This document shows, piece by piece, positions 28,904-38,627 of a stretch of 64,000 bases of DNA. Position 1 is the stretch's first letter, and each line of letters opens with the position of its first letter. The position numbers were made by a program, and so were the translations under genes. The notes below the pieces were generated by a model. The model saw only the letters and a list, made by a program, of their open reading frames with translations, was not told the origin of the DNA and ran no database searches. Origin of the DNA: a virus (lineage: Duplodnaviria; Caudoviricetes); the IMG/VR virus record IMGVR_UViG_3300021431_000086, positions 61,932 through 125,931 of that record. One strand, 5' to 3'.

Positions 28904-31900
28904 TATTCCAAGACCTCATTGGCCCTGGCCTCCGGGTCCTTCTCCGGAGCTGCCTGCACATATCCCTCTTCATATTCCTTTCCCTGCGTGTAAGGCTTTG
29001 TCGGCACTTCACCCGGCCTGTTGCGGTAGAAGTAATGCACAAAAACGTGGTTGCTCAGTTCCCTCGGCAGACGCTCGCCGGTGCTGACCTCGCGGCGATA
29101 TTGGTTCTTCACCATCTTCTCCAGCGGGCGACCGAGGCCGTCGAGTTGGGTCATCCATGCCCGCATCTGTCGGCCACCATGACGGCGGTACGATGCCGTA
29201 GTCAGTACCACGTCGGGGTCCATGACGATGCCCATGCGGTTCAGGCAGGGCTTCAGGTACTTTGCGATGCGCTTCTTGGTCTTCTCGATTGTCTCGTAAG
29301 TGACCGCCTCTCCCTCGCTGTCCAAGAGGCTGATGGCCATCTCCTGCGGCGGGATGGGCTGACCAATACGCGGATTGTCGGGCACATCCTCGAAGTATTG
29401 CAGCATCCAGTCGGTCAGGCCGCCGTCCTTGGTCATGGCGTAGAGTTCGCGGCGCAGGCTGCGCGCCTCGGTGGGCGGCAGGATGACCTCGTTGGGGTGC
29501 TGCAGATAGAACTGTGCAAAGGCCAGCAGCAGGTTCTGCACCTCGTTGAGCAACGCGGGTGGCAGGTTGCGGGCCACCTCGGCCACACCGTACTTCTCCT
29601 GGAAGTCGTCCTTCGGAGCGTGGTCGAGCCAACGTCCATCGTCTGTGGCGGCATGGTAGTAGTCAGAGGTGTAGCAGGGATAGATACGTCCCTTGGTAGA
29701 GCCTGACGAGCGGTCGAAAGGTTTGTTTGACGTGAGGAACACCTTCGGCACCTCGTCGCCCGTCAGTGTGATGGGCTGCTTGTAGAGTGTCTTGCAAACT
29801 ATCTTCGTGCCGATGTTGTAGATGTCCTCCACGTTGAAGTTGTTGGGAAGTTCATCGACACAGACGAGGGTGTGCAGGCCGGCCACTACAGAGCCGAACA
29901 GAACCTCCATCGAGATATTCTTCATGCTCTTGCCGGCGACGTTGGCCGACGACGGGCGCACAAGTGCCATCAGGTCAATGAAGGCAGTCTTGCCGTTGCG
30001 TCCACTGGCTTTGTTCTCGTCCGTCACGCTATAGTCGGTCATGTGAACAGTCTGTTGGCTGGCAAGGCTCCTGTGCCGCGTGATGGCATAGCCCACAGCG
30101 TGTGCCTTGTTAATGAAGTGCATGTCCTGCATCTGCCGCTCCACGGCTGTCAGCGTCTCGCCAAACGATTCTTTCTCCCAGAAGATGCGACAGGTGTTAT
30201 ACACGAACTGGAAGTGCATCGGCATCTCATCAAAGGGTTTGTCCATGATGAGCCTGTACTTCCACAGGTTCTCGTAGTTTTTCCAGCGCAGGTTCTCGGC
30301 GGCTCGCATGGCGGGCGTGGTGCATTGCTTGCTTATCTCTTCGTGCCGCTTCCGCTCAGTTTCATATTTAGGATTGATGACGATACGCCACGATTGTTTC
30401 ATTTCTTGGAACTCGCCCGGCATGATGGCTTCCTCGTTCGTCACCCACGCCAACTGTTCGTATGCCACAGCCTTGATGCCGTCCTTATCGACGCGCACCG
30501 CTGTGTTCTCGAAGAAGAAATGGTCGAACGTCTCGCCCCACGAATGTTCGTTGATGGATGTCGGGGGCATCGTGCTCATCGTCCTTAGGTCGAGCCCCTT
30601 GCCCGTGAAGATGGTGTTGACGAGGTTGGCCTTGAAGGGCGCATCCTCCTCGCTGATGTGTGCATCTATCCAGTCGAGCATCGCCGTGCGGCTCACGGCC
30701 TCCAGTTGGCTGCCCGTCCGCGAGGTGTCAAGGTAGCGGTATGTGTTGTGGAAAGAGAGTTGGTAGAACGCACGTTGTCCGCGCTCGTCGCCGTGACAGC
30801 GTATGCCCTTCGCGTCGAGGAACTGCAGGAGGTTCGCCACGCTCAATACATAGCGCACGTTCTTTTCCTTCTCGTCGCCCTCGCGTGTCTTCTTCGTCGT
30901 CGCCTTGTCAATCCAAAACTGCATCGTCAACGCATTCTTCAGCAGTCGCATCAGTGCTTCCGATGGGTTTGCCTTGCGCAAGTCCGGCGCAAACCGCTTC
31001 TGTATCTGCGGGAAATGCGTCACGAAGTCCGTCACATCCTTCAGGGGTTTGCCACTGTGCCCGTCGGTTTTGCCGACAGGTTCTGCCATCTCCCTTGGCA
31101 ACCTCACCCAATGCACGTTAGCGTTTTCAAGCGCAATGCTTCCGCTGCAAGCCACACCCGTCTGGTCCAGGTCATAGCACACATACACATCCACCGCCAC
31201 CTGTGTCATTCTCACCAGCAACGCCCTAAGCCATTCGTCAAGCACGCCGTCGTGTATGCCGGCCAACTCATTGTGTAGCCATAGGACGTGTGCGTCCGTC
31301 GCTGCCCACATCTGCATCGCATCCCTCGGCCCAGAGCACAGGCACAGACGCTTCATCTTATAATATGTGCGTGCATCGCCCTTCTCATCCTTCCCTATTA
31401 TCTTCACCAGCGGATGCCGCAAGTCCTTCTGCACGTCAGCCCACCAAGGGCTTCCACCTTGCTCTCCCGTGTGCTCGGCGATTCTGCCGCCGAAGGCTTC
31501 CAGCGCAGCCATCGCCGTCCGGCTGCCATATACCTTCGTCCCCACATCTTCCTTGCTGTGCCAGTACCATTTGTTGCCAGTCTTGCTCCTCGGCTCGTAC
31601 TTCTTCACACCCCATTCGTATGGCATGACAAAGATGGGGTATGACGGACGGCTCTTGATGCAGAGGGAAATCTTGCCACCCTGCTTCGGCTCCGTGGCTG
31701 CCGTGACGAACGTATCTACGGGATAGGTCCTGAACTCACGTTCCACCACCTCGCCCCACTCTGCAGCAGTGCGTGCCTCTCCCCTGCCCCGCCAGTATTC
31801 GCGATCCAGCGAGCAACGGTATAGCGGTTCGGGGTTGCCGTCGGGCGAGTGCCATAGGCCGTCGGCATCGGGCTGCGAGAAACGTGTCACCTGCTCGCCG

Positions 31901-32385
31901 TCCTCGCCCTGCACGGTAGCCAACTTCACCGTGAAGCCCAGCGCCCGCAGATGCTCCGCCGTCCACGGTGTCAGGTCATAGTCGCAGTCGGACTGTGCCT
32001 TCACCACCGTCGTGCGTTGTTCCGGTGTCGTCGGTGCCGTCCCCTCAATCTCTACATTGTGATCGTCCACTAAGCGCTGGCATACCTTCTGCATCTGTTC
32101 GCCCGTCAGCGACGTGTGGTCCAGTCCCATCAGCGCCGCCTGCAGCGCAATGGCACCATATCCCGCCTTGTTGCAACCGCCACAAATCCAACCAGGCGCA
32201 TCATGGCCGCCATCGGCCTGCTGCTCCACACTGAACGACGGATTTGTATCGGGATGATGGAACGGACAATGGTACAGCACCCTCGCACCTGCCTTCTTAG
32301 GCATGTGGGCCGGTTCGTAACCGTTCATCCGCATCACATCCACCAGGGAGATATTCTTCGGTATATGTTTGTCTTGTTTGTTCAT
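28903..32385 (-). CDS. Primase-helicase (CHC2 Zn finger, TOPRIM-like, P-loop NTPase)
   Basis: CPFHHPDTNPSF...CGGC; YVCYDLDQTG; KDVTDF; Walker A ASGRNGKT; Walker B-like VCVDE. Confidence 0.8.
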   Translation of the reverse strand: MNKQDKHIPKNISLVDVMRMNGYEPAHMPKKAGARVLYHCPFHHPDTNPSFSVEQQADGGHDAPGWICGGCNKAGYGAIALQAALMGLDHTSLTGEQMQKVCQRLVDDHNVEIEGTAPTTPEQRTTVVKAQSDCDYDLTPWTAEHLRALGFTVKLATVQGEDGEQVTRFSQPDADGLWHSPDGNPEPLYRCSLDREYWRGRGEARTAAEWGEVVEREFRTYPVDTFVTAATEPKQGGKISLCIKSRPSYPIFVMPYEWGVKKYEPRSKTGNKWYWHSKEDVGTKVYGSRTAMAALEAFGGRIAEHTGEQGGSPWWADVQKDLRHPLVKIIGKDEKGDARTYYKMKRLCLCSGPRDAMQMWAATDAHVLWLHNELAGIHDGVLDEWLRALLVRMTQVAVDVYVCYDLDQTGVACSGSIALENANVHWVRLPREMAEPVGKTDGHSGKPLKDVTDFVTHFPQIQKRFAPDLRKANPSEALMRLLKNALTMQFWIDKATTKKTREGDEKEKNVRYVLSVANLLQFLDAKGIRCHGDERGQRAFYQLSFHNTYRYLDTSRTGSQLEAVSRTAMLDWIDAHISEEDAPFKANLVNTIFTGKGLDLRTMSTMPPTSINEHSWGETFDHFFFENTAVRVDKDGIKAVAYEQLAWVTNEEAIMPGEFQEMKQSWRIVINPKYETERKRHEEISKQCTTPAMRAAENLRWKNYENLWKYRLIMDKPFDEMPMHFQFVYNTCRIFWEKESFGETLTAVERQMQDMHFINKAHAVGYAITRHRSLASQQTVHMTDYSVTDENKASGRNGKTAFIDLMALVRPSSANVAGKSMKNISMEVLFGSVVAGLHTLVCVDELPNNFNVEDIYNIGTKIVCKTLYKQPITLTGDEVPKVFLTSNKPFDRSSGSTKGRIYPCYTSDYYHAATDDGRWLDHAPKDDFQEKYGVAEVARNLPPALLNEVQNLLLAFAQFYLQHPNEVILPPTEARSLRRELYAMTKDGGLTDWMLQYFEDVPDNPRIGQPIPPQEMAISLLDSEGEAVTYETIEKTKKRIAKYLKPCLNRMGIVMDPDVVLTTASYRRHGGRQMRAWMTQLDGLGRPLEKMVKNQYRREVSTGERLPRELSNHVFVHYFYRNRPGEVPTKPYTQGKEYEEGYVQAAPEKDPEARANEVLE

Positions 32386-32389
32386 CGTC

Positions 32390-33168
32390 CTAAAACAGCG
32401 TCAACTGTTGTCGTTCCCGTTCTATGCGCTCCTGCGCCTTGTCGTAATATTCCTTGTTCAGCTCGAAGCCGACGTAGTGCCTCTTTTCCTTCAGACAGGC
32501 GATGGCAGTCGTGCCACTGCCCATGCAGTTGTCCAATACTACCCCCCCCCCGAATTGGTATAGGTGCGAATGAGATAGCGGAGCAGGTCAACGGGCTTCT
32601 GGGTGGGGTGAAACTGCTCCTCGTTACAATGCACAGCCTTCACAGTGATAATGGAGCGCGGATGTTTCTTGTCTTCGTATGTCGGATTGATGCGTCCCAC
32701 CTTCCCATAGCATGAGTTCTTTTCCACATGGTCGCCGTGACCTTGCGGATGATTAGGCTCACGTCCGTTCAAATCTTCCATCTGAGGATTGTAGGTTGGT
32801 AACTTCTGATAGAACACACAGATGTCTTCGTGATAACGCAGCGGCATTCGGTTGGCATTGAGAAAACCCGTAGCACGCCCTTTGTCCCACACCAGATTAT
32901 ACCTCCACATCTTCGGATTGCTCATCATCAGCTGTGCCGTGAACATCCCTTGGGCGAAGAGCACGATGGCAGCATTGGGCTTCGTAATCCGCTTGTACTG
33001 CTCCCACAGCGGCTCCATCGGAATCATCCTGTCCCATTGCGCATTCGGGTTGTTCCGATGCAACACCCCGTATGGCAGATCGCAGATTACCGCGTCCGCC
33101 ATCCCGTCAGGAATCATCTTCATCCCCTCCAAGCAATCCATATTATATATAGTATCAAGTTCTATCAT
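32390..33168 (-). CDS. DNA N6/N4 methyltransferase (beta class), frameshifted at a G10 tract; likely phase-variable, OFF here
   Basis: DLPY and HPTQKP precede the tract; VLDNCMGSGTT...GFEL continues in the shifted frame to a stop at 32390. Confidence 0.85.
32542..32551 (-). repeat. G10 homopolymer (slippage tract)
   Basis: TC-G10-TAG on the coding strand; G8 or G11 restores the frame. Confidence 0.9.
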
Positions 33169-33183
33169 ATCCTTTCTTTCTTT

Positions 33184-33263
33184 TGTGGGAGTGTGTGGAA
33201 TCGAACCACCGCTCAGCGCCAATCTTACTTGCCCGTTGCCCATTTACGGGTCTTTCACTCCCA
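33184..33263 (-). ncRNA. tRNA-like element (acceptor + T arm, no canonical anticodon arm)
   Basis: TGGGAGTG/CACTCCCA stem; GTGG-TTCGATT-CCAC T arm. Confidence 0.55.
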
Positions 33264-33359
33264 TGTGGCTGCGCGTCCGGCGCTTTTACTCCTTTCCGCA
33301 CAGCCTGCCGTCTTTCCGGCTGTCATCCGAGAACCTCCACACGGATAAGCGCGTGGACA

Positions 33360-34574
33360 CTATTTCTTATTCATCCGCTCCACCACCTGCAGCATCATGT
33401 TCAGGCCGACGGCATCCATCGCGCTGCCACTGCCAGCACCGTTGCCCATGATTATTTCAGGCACCCAGCGAACTTGGCTCTGCGCCAGTTCGTGTGCGAT
33501 GCCGATGGCTGTCTCCTTCTCGATGGTGGCGCGTTCCAGTGGCGTGAGTCCGGCACTGACGAGGGCGCGGTTGGCAGCGGCCTTGGCTTCGCCCTCTGCC
33601 TTGACACGCTTGGCTACTTCCTCGGCACGGGCGGCTTCCAGCCGGGCCACCTCAAACTCCTGTTCTGCCTTGGTCACGGCCTTGGCCTTCTCCTTCTCCT
33701 GCTCCCACTTGGCAGTCTCGGCGGCCTGCTTGCCCTGTTCCGTCACGAGGATGGTCTTCTGGATGGCTTCAAGACTCTTGGTCTTCGATGTCACCTGTGC
33801 CAGGTTAGCGGCTTTCTGTGCGTCAATCTGGTCCTGCGTCATCTTGTCGTACTTGATGTCGGTGATGCTGACGAGGTTGCAGACAATGCCGTACTGTGAG
33901 AAGGGACTGACCTCCTGCCGCTTGTAGCCGCCGGGGGCGTTGCTGTCCATAATCAGTTCGGCCTTTGCCACGATGTCGCTGTCGCCCGTCAGTTCGTTGA
34001 TGACCGTCATCTTGTGCATCTTGGTTTTATACACGCCGTCGTTGAGCTGGTCGGTGATGTACTGGATAAGGTCGGTGCGGGTCTCGCTGACACTCTCCAA
34101 CGAGGACATGAGCGGGCCACACGAGGTGACAACCTTGTAGAGCGTGGGACGGATAAGCGCGGAAATCAGCGCCTGTTCCGAGCCGAAGTCCTGCTGTATC
34201 TTCGACATGTGGCCGGCATCCGTAGGCAACACCACACGCAGCGAGCCGATGATGAATCCCTTGCCTTTATCGTTGAAGGTGACGGCTGCACCGGGATTGT
34301 CGCCAACTGCCACATATCCCTCCTCGTTCTTCTCTACGCCGGTGAACTCCACTTGCGATGTCTTGTGATACTCGTAGATGTTGCCCCACCACTGCTGCTG
34401 CAGTCCACCATCGGTCCACACGGCGTAGTTGCCCGTATAGGGGTACTGGTTGACATAGATTTTAGATTTGTCGCAATCCTCGAAGGCTCCCTGCAACAGG
34501 AAGAGCATGAAGATAACGAGGGCACCGACGATGATGCCAACAATGTGGCCTCTCTTGATTTCAAATGGTTTCAT
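33360..34574 (-). CDS. SPFH/band-7 (prohibitin-like) membrane protein
   Basis: N-terminal TM, SPFH-like core, AE/AKA-rich coiled coil, C-terminal VPEIIMG. Confidence 0.75.
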   Translation of the reverse strand: MKPFEIKRGHIVGIIVGALVIFMLFLLQGAFEDCDKSKIYVNQYPYTGNYAVWTDGGLQQQWWGNIYEYHKTSQVEFTGVEKNEEGYVAVGDNPGAAVTFNDKGKGFIIGSLRVVLPTDAGHMSKIQQDFGSEQALISALIRPTLYKVVTSCGPLMSSLESVSETRTDLIQYITDQLNDGVYKTKMHKMTVINELTGDSDIVAKAELIMDSNAPGGYKRQEVSPFSQYGIVCNLVSITDIKYDKMTQDQIDAQKAANLAQVTSKTKSLEAIQKTILVTEQGKQAAETAKWEQEKEKAKAVTKAEQEFEVARLEAARAEEVAKRVKAEGEAKAAANRALVSAGLTPLERATIEKETAIGIAHELAQSQVRWVPEIIMGNGAGSGSAMDAVGLNMMLQVVERMNKK

Positions 34575-34750
34575 TTCTTTTTGTTTTTAGTTGATGAATA
34601 GATAAAATAATAAAACGGTATCAATACACGGGGAAATCGGATGTCAGCCTTGGTGAAGCGGATTACCCCGAAGAGCTGGAGCACGCACAGCAGATAATAC
34701 ACTGCCGCCAACGGAATGAGCGTCATGCTCAGAAGTCGTGCGTAAATCAT
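34571..34750 (-). CDS. Small membrane protein
   Basis: MIYARLLSMTLIPLAAVYYLLCVLQLFG..., overlaps SPFH start. Confidence 0.55.
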   Translation of the reverse strand: MIYARLLSMTLIPLAAVYYLLCVLQLFGVIRFTKADIRFPRVLIPFYYFIYSSTKNKKK

Positions 34751-34754
34751 AGAA

Positions 34755-35105
34755 CTACCAGTCAAAAGGATCCGTACTCTCAGTGGCTTCATCCTCAATG
34801 ATGGACGCATCCTGGTGCCCTGCCTTCTGACATGGGCAGTCGGGACTATGACGCAGGAAGCAATGGTTTTTTCCGCACTGAAGCACCGTGTGCCCAGGTT
34901 GCCCATCGCACGTCGTGTACACCACAATATACGCATGTTTGCCGATGTTCAGCTTCTTTGCATACACCTCGCTGTCGTAGCCACCAGCCACCACAGCCTC
35001 TCTGGGCCCCACCTCAGACGGCACAGATTCCTCACACGCCATCAGGCAGAAAACCATCAGCAGCACCGCTGCCACCGCTCCAAGTTTTACATAAATCTTT
35101 TTCAT
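34755..35105 (-). CDS. Putative lipoprotein
   Basis: Signal peptide with lipobox LMAC. Confidence 0.65.
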   Translation of the reverse strand: MKKIYVKLGAVAAVLLMVFCLMACEESVPSEVGPREAVVAGGYDSEVYAKKLNIGKHAYIVVYTTCDGQPGHTVLQCGKNHCFLRHSPDCPCQKAGHQDASIIEDEATESTDPFDW

Positions 35106-35182
35106 TGTTTCGTTTCGTATTATTGAATAACTATATTTCGTTTATTGCCCCACGATTCCATCGCGGACGTTGCCCGTCTGGA

Positions 35183-35782
35183 TTACTTGTGATTAAGCCT
35201 TTCTTCCAACTCCAGGTTTCTGCGCAAAACGACGAGATGCAACTGCGCGACCTGCAACAATAGATTGCTCCAGTCCAGATACTCCGCCACCGCCTTCATC
35301 TTCTCCACATCCGCCGAACGCATCGCTTGGCAGAGGTCGTTCAATGCGGCATTAGTCTTCGCCAGTAGGTTCGTATTCATCATCTCCCTGCCCATGTCGT
35401 GGTTAACCTTTTGAAGCTCTTCCAATGTGGCATCGAGGTCATCGCGAAGATTCTGGTTTTTCTGCTTCAGCTCTTCACGTTCAAGACGATGTTGCTCACG
35501 CAGTGTGTCGATGGCGTTTGCGTAATCTCGCTTGCGTCGGTCTATTTCTATGTCCTTATCCGTGATGCGCTGGCGCAAGTTTTCCGTCAGGTTTTGGTAA
35601 TTTTTCACCTCCTGCTCTTTCCTGACCAAACTGTCCGTAGCCTTCTTGGCCACGTCAGTCCAGCGATGGGCATCGACTTTTGCGTCATCCAGATGCCGTT
35701 TCGTTTCCGCCAGTTCCACCTGATACGGATTCCACCCCATCAGGGCAAGCCATAAATTCCTTAGATAGCGTTTCAGTTTCAT
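35183..35782 (-). CDS. Coiled-coil hypothetical protein
   Basis: 199 aa, heptad-rich. Confidence 0.65.
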   Translation of the reverse strand: MKLKRYLRNLWLALMGWNPYQVELAETKRHLDDAKVDAHRWTDVAKKATDSLVRKEQEVKNYQNLTENLRQRITDKDIEIDRRKRDYANAIDTLREQHRLEREELKQKNQNLRDDLDATLEELQKVNHDMGREMMNTNLLAKTNAALNDLCQAMRSADVEKMKAVAEYLDWSNLLLQVAQLHLVVLRRNLELEERLNHK

Positions 35783-35803
35783 TGGTATTATGTAATAGGT
35801 CCA

Positions 35804-35998
35804 TCATTTCGTCCTTGTCACACTGACCGAGGCCGACGAATAGTCGGCCTTCACCTCAAAGTCCAAGTCTTCCTCGTTCTTCAGTTGGTTGGCCTGCACC
35901 CTTGCCGACGCAATTTTCTTCTTGTCCGCCAGCGTAAAGATGCGCGTCTGACCGACACGCATATCCCTCAGTTCTTGTCTTGTTACTCGTTCTTGCAT
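35804..35998 (-). CDS. Small Cro-like/DNA-binding protein, first gene of the leftward operon
   Basis: 64 aa, basic, divergent from the repressor. Confidence 0.5.
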   Translation of the reverse strand: MQERVTRQELRDMRVGQTRIFTLADKKKIASARVQANQLKNEEDLDFEVKADYSSASVSVTRTK

Positions 35999-36052
35999 TT
36001 TTTTTGCTTTATTTATTAACACATATTATATTCAAAATACAGGAAAAAGCCT

Positions 36053-36197
36053 TACCTTTGCAGTGGAGATTTCAAAAAATTAGCATCGGCGGCACTACGC
36101 TTTCCGCTGAAAGACGTACCTTGTTGCGCCTACAGACCCTTCCTGTTTTCCCGACATAAAGAAACCTTAATTTATTTATTTCGGGATTACAAAGATA
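36053..36197. promoter_or_regulatory. Face-to-face host-type promoters of the genetic switch
   Basis: TACCTTTG at 36053-36060 (+) and TATCTTTG at 36197-36190 (-). Confidence 0.6.
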
Positions 36198-36263
36198 AGA
36201 AGAATAAGTGAGAAGTGGTGCAAGCAAAAACAAGTATTAACATTTTTTAATATATTTACAGCT

Positions 36264-36818
36264 ATGCAAACAAAAGAGAATGAAATTTTCAAGCAGATGC
36301 TTGATTGGATTTATGCCAACACCGAAGCTCACAACCAGGCAGATGTAGCCCGTCGTTCAGGACTATTTGAGGCTACCATCTCTCGAGTGTTAAATGGCAG
36401 AATAAAAAAAGTGAAACAAGAAACACTAAGAAAAGTCAATTCTGCATTCGACAACGTGTTCAACCCAGCATGGCTTCGTGGCGATAGTGACGTGATGCTC
36501 ACAGCAGATTTGCAACCCTCAGCAACACATTCCGACACCGACGCACCAGCTGGCTTTTCCGATATGGTAAACTCACCAGACCATTCAAGCCTTGTCAACG
36601 CCGCCCTCGCCGCAAAAGAAGAAACCATAGAATCGCTAAAGCGTGAACTGACCACAAAGGACGAAACCGTAACTGCACTTCGCGACCAGCTTGCTGACAA
36701 GGAGCGCTATATCCTTGCTCTTCAGCAGCAACTCCGTGAACTCCACACGCAGGAGCACCCCCAAAAAGAAATCTCACATGGCTGCTCCTACCACATGGGA
36801 GTTGCTGAACCTGAATAA
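36264..36818 (+). CDS. XRE-family HTH repressor with C-terminal coiled coil
   Basis: NQADVARRSGLFEATISRVLNG HTH; FNPAWLRGD. Confidence 0.85.
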   Translation: MQTKENEIFKQMLDWIYANTEAHNQADVARRSGLFEATISRVLNGRIKKVKQETLRKVNSAFDNVFNPAWLRGDSDVMLTADLQPSATHSDTDAPAGFSDMVNSPDHSSLVNAALAAKEETIESLKRELTTKDETVTALRDQLADKERYILALQQQLRELHTQEHPQKEISHGCSYHMGVAEPE

Positions 36819-36900
36819 TCCAAGCCAAACAATAAAACAAAACCCCTCGCCATGAAGCCAGGGGGTTCTGTTTGGGGTCGAGGCTACTTTGCGATACCTC

Positions 36901-36935
36901 TGCCCTTGACCGAACATTCAAGAGACTTTATCTTG
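36901..36935 (+). promoter_or_regulatory. Late-promoter motif copy
   Basis: cctcTGCCCTTGAccg identical over 16 bp to 7291-7306; TTG ends 26 nt after the motif. Confidence 0.6.
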
Positions 36936-36962
36936 CAGATAAATTCCTTTGGGGACAGGACA

Positions 36963-37095
36963 CAAAAAAGTCCCCGACCTGCACGTAAAGCTCTCTTACC
37001 TTCTTACACGCTATCTGCCAATCGCAGATGGTCGGGGGCTATAATCCTCGTTCATCCGCGATTGGCAGATTATTTTGTCAGCGTGTAGGTAAGAG
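36963..37095 (-). ncRNA. Structured ncRNA: long hairpin plus pseudoknot
   Basis: Stems 36993-37001/37087-37095, 37005-37012/37080-37087 and 37013-37025/37058-37070. Loop 37030-37037 pairs with 36972-36979. TACATTTG -7 box at 37107-37100; U tract at the end. Confidence 0.7.
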
Positions 37096-37131
37096 ATTGC
37101 AAATGTAGTTATTATTTTTCAAAAGAGAGCT

Positions 37132-37359
37132 ATGATACGTGCAGAAATTATTGAATTTAACAAAGAATTGCTTCAAAAGCTGAAGTATTCGGGCGTAAAA
37201 CTGGAAGATTACAAGTATTGTGACTTGTATCGAGACTATGTTGAAATGTCGCGCACAGAGCGGAATAGAAAGGTAATCTTCTTGACACTATCCCAGCGTT
37301 ATGGAATCAGCGATAGACAGGTGTACAACATTGTAAACCATCTCAAAACTCCTGTATAG
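37132..37359 (+). CDS. Small C-terminal-HTH regulator (Mor-like)
   Basis: LSQRYGISDRQVYNIV. Confidence 0.7.
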   Translation: MIRAEIIEFNKELLQKLKYSGVKLEDYKYCDLYRDYVEMSRTERNRKVIFLTLSQRYGISDRQVYNIVNHLKTPV

Positions 37360-37367
37360 CAGTATGT

Positions 37368-37454
37368 TGAAACGGGTGCTTCGGGGATGAAGTGTTGTCT
37401 TCGTGTGCTCTCATGTAATTGTCTTTGTGTCAGTGGAATGAGTGCGTAATTTTG
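37368..37454 (+). promoter_or_regulatory. Two operator-like boxes plus a consensus host promoter
   Basis: TGAA-N8-TTCG at 37368-37383 and 37388-37403; TTTG(37424-27)-N19-TAATTTTG(37447-54). Confidence 0.65.
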
Positions 37455-37524
37455 CCGCCGGGTTCTTCAATAAGACCCGCGAGATTATTCACATTTTTAC
37501 CCACAACACAAACACATCACAATT

Positions 37525-38610
37525 ATGAGTGACATGAAAGTATTTTCCATTCCCGACACGAACGGCGGTAATGGAGGCGGCGCTTTCGGTAACGGTGTCG
37601 TGCCCTTCATGCTCGGTGCAGCCATGAATGGCGGCATGGGAGGCTTCGGAGGTTTCGGAGGCGGCTATGGTTGGAATGCCATGAACATGAACAACATCAC
37701 CGAGTTGTTCGCAATGGGCATTCTCGCTCGCATGTTCGGCTGGTATGGCAATGGTGACGGCATGGGCGGCGGCAGCGGTGCAGCCTTCCTCTCCAGTCAA
37801 ATCAACGGCAACAATGGCCGCGACCTGATTATGCAGGCTGTGACCAGTCAGGGCGAACAAAGCCGCACGGCTACACAAACCCTCTCGACGATGCTCGGCC
37901 AGGACTTCAACCTCGTCAACAGCGGCATCCAGCTCATCCAGTCTTCGCTCGCTTCAATCGCTGCACAGCAGGGCATGACTCCGCTGCAAATCATCAACGC
38001 CATCCAGAGCGGCAACGCTGCCCTAAGCCAGCAACTCTGTCAATGTTGCTGCGACAACAAGTATGCTATCGCGCAGCAGACCAGCGAACTGCAGCAAGGC
38101 ATGAACAGCGGCTTCAACGGCGTACAGATGGGCCTGAATCAGGGCTTCAACGGCGTAGAGCGCGGCCTCTCCGGCATCCAGACACAGATGGCGCTCAACG
38201 CAGGCAAGGACGAACTCGCCACCTGCCAGCAAACCTACGCCCTCACCGATGGTGCCAACCGCAACACGCAGGCTGTCCTCGCCAAGCTCGACGCCATGCA
38301 GACTCAGGCGCTACAGGACAAACTCGATGCCGCGCGTGAGAAGAACACGCAGTTGGCAGGCGAAATCTCCCAACTTAACCAGAACCAGTACATCGCCGGT
38401 GTGGTGGGTCAGACAATGGCTCCGGTCAACGCACAACTCGCCGCACTCAACAAGGAGGTTGACGACATCAAGTGCAAGCTGCCTAATACCGTCAACGTGC
38501 AGTACCCGAACCTCGTGGCCGTCAACGCTACGCCCTATGTCAGCGGAGGCATCTACCCCAACGGCATGTTCGGCGGATACCCCGGCGGCTACGGTAATTT
38601 CGGTTTCTAA
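37525..38610 (+). CDS. Gly-rich / Gln-Asn coiled-coil protein with CQCCC motif
   Basis: 361 aa; hydrophobic Gly-rich N-terminus, 11-residue GFNGV repeats, strongly C-ending codons. Confidence 0.85.
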   Translation: MSDMKVFSIPDTNGGNGGGAFGNGVVPFMLGAAMNGGMGGFGGFGGGYGWNAMNMNNITELFAMGILARMFGWYGNGDGMGGGSGAAFLSSQINGNNGRDLIMQAVTSQGEQSRTATQTLSTMLGQDFNLVNSGIQLIQSSLASIAAQQGMTPLQIINAIQSGNAALSQQLCQCCCDNKYAIAQQTSELQQGMNSGFNGVQMGLNQGFNGVERGLSGIQTQMALNAGKDELATCQQTYALTDGANRNTQAVLAKLDAMQTQALQDKLDAAREKNTQLAGEISQLNQNQYIAGVVGQTMAPVNAQLAALNKEVDDIKCKLPNTVNVQYPNLVAVNATPYVSGGIYPNGMFGGYPGGYGNFGF

Positions 38611-38627
38611 GAAAGGAGGAATGAGCT

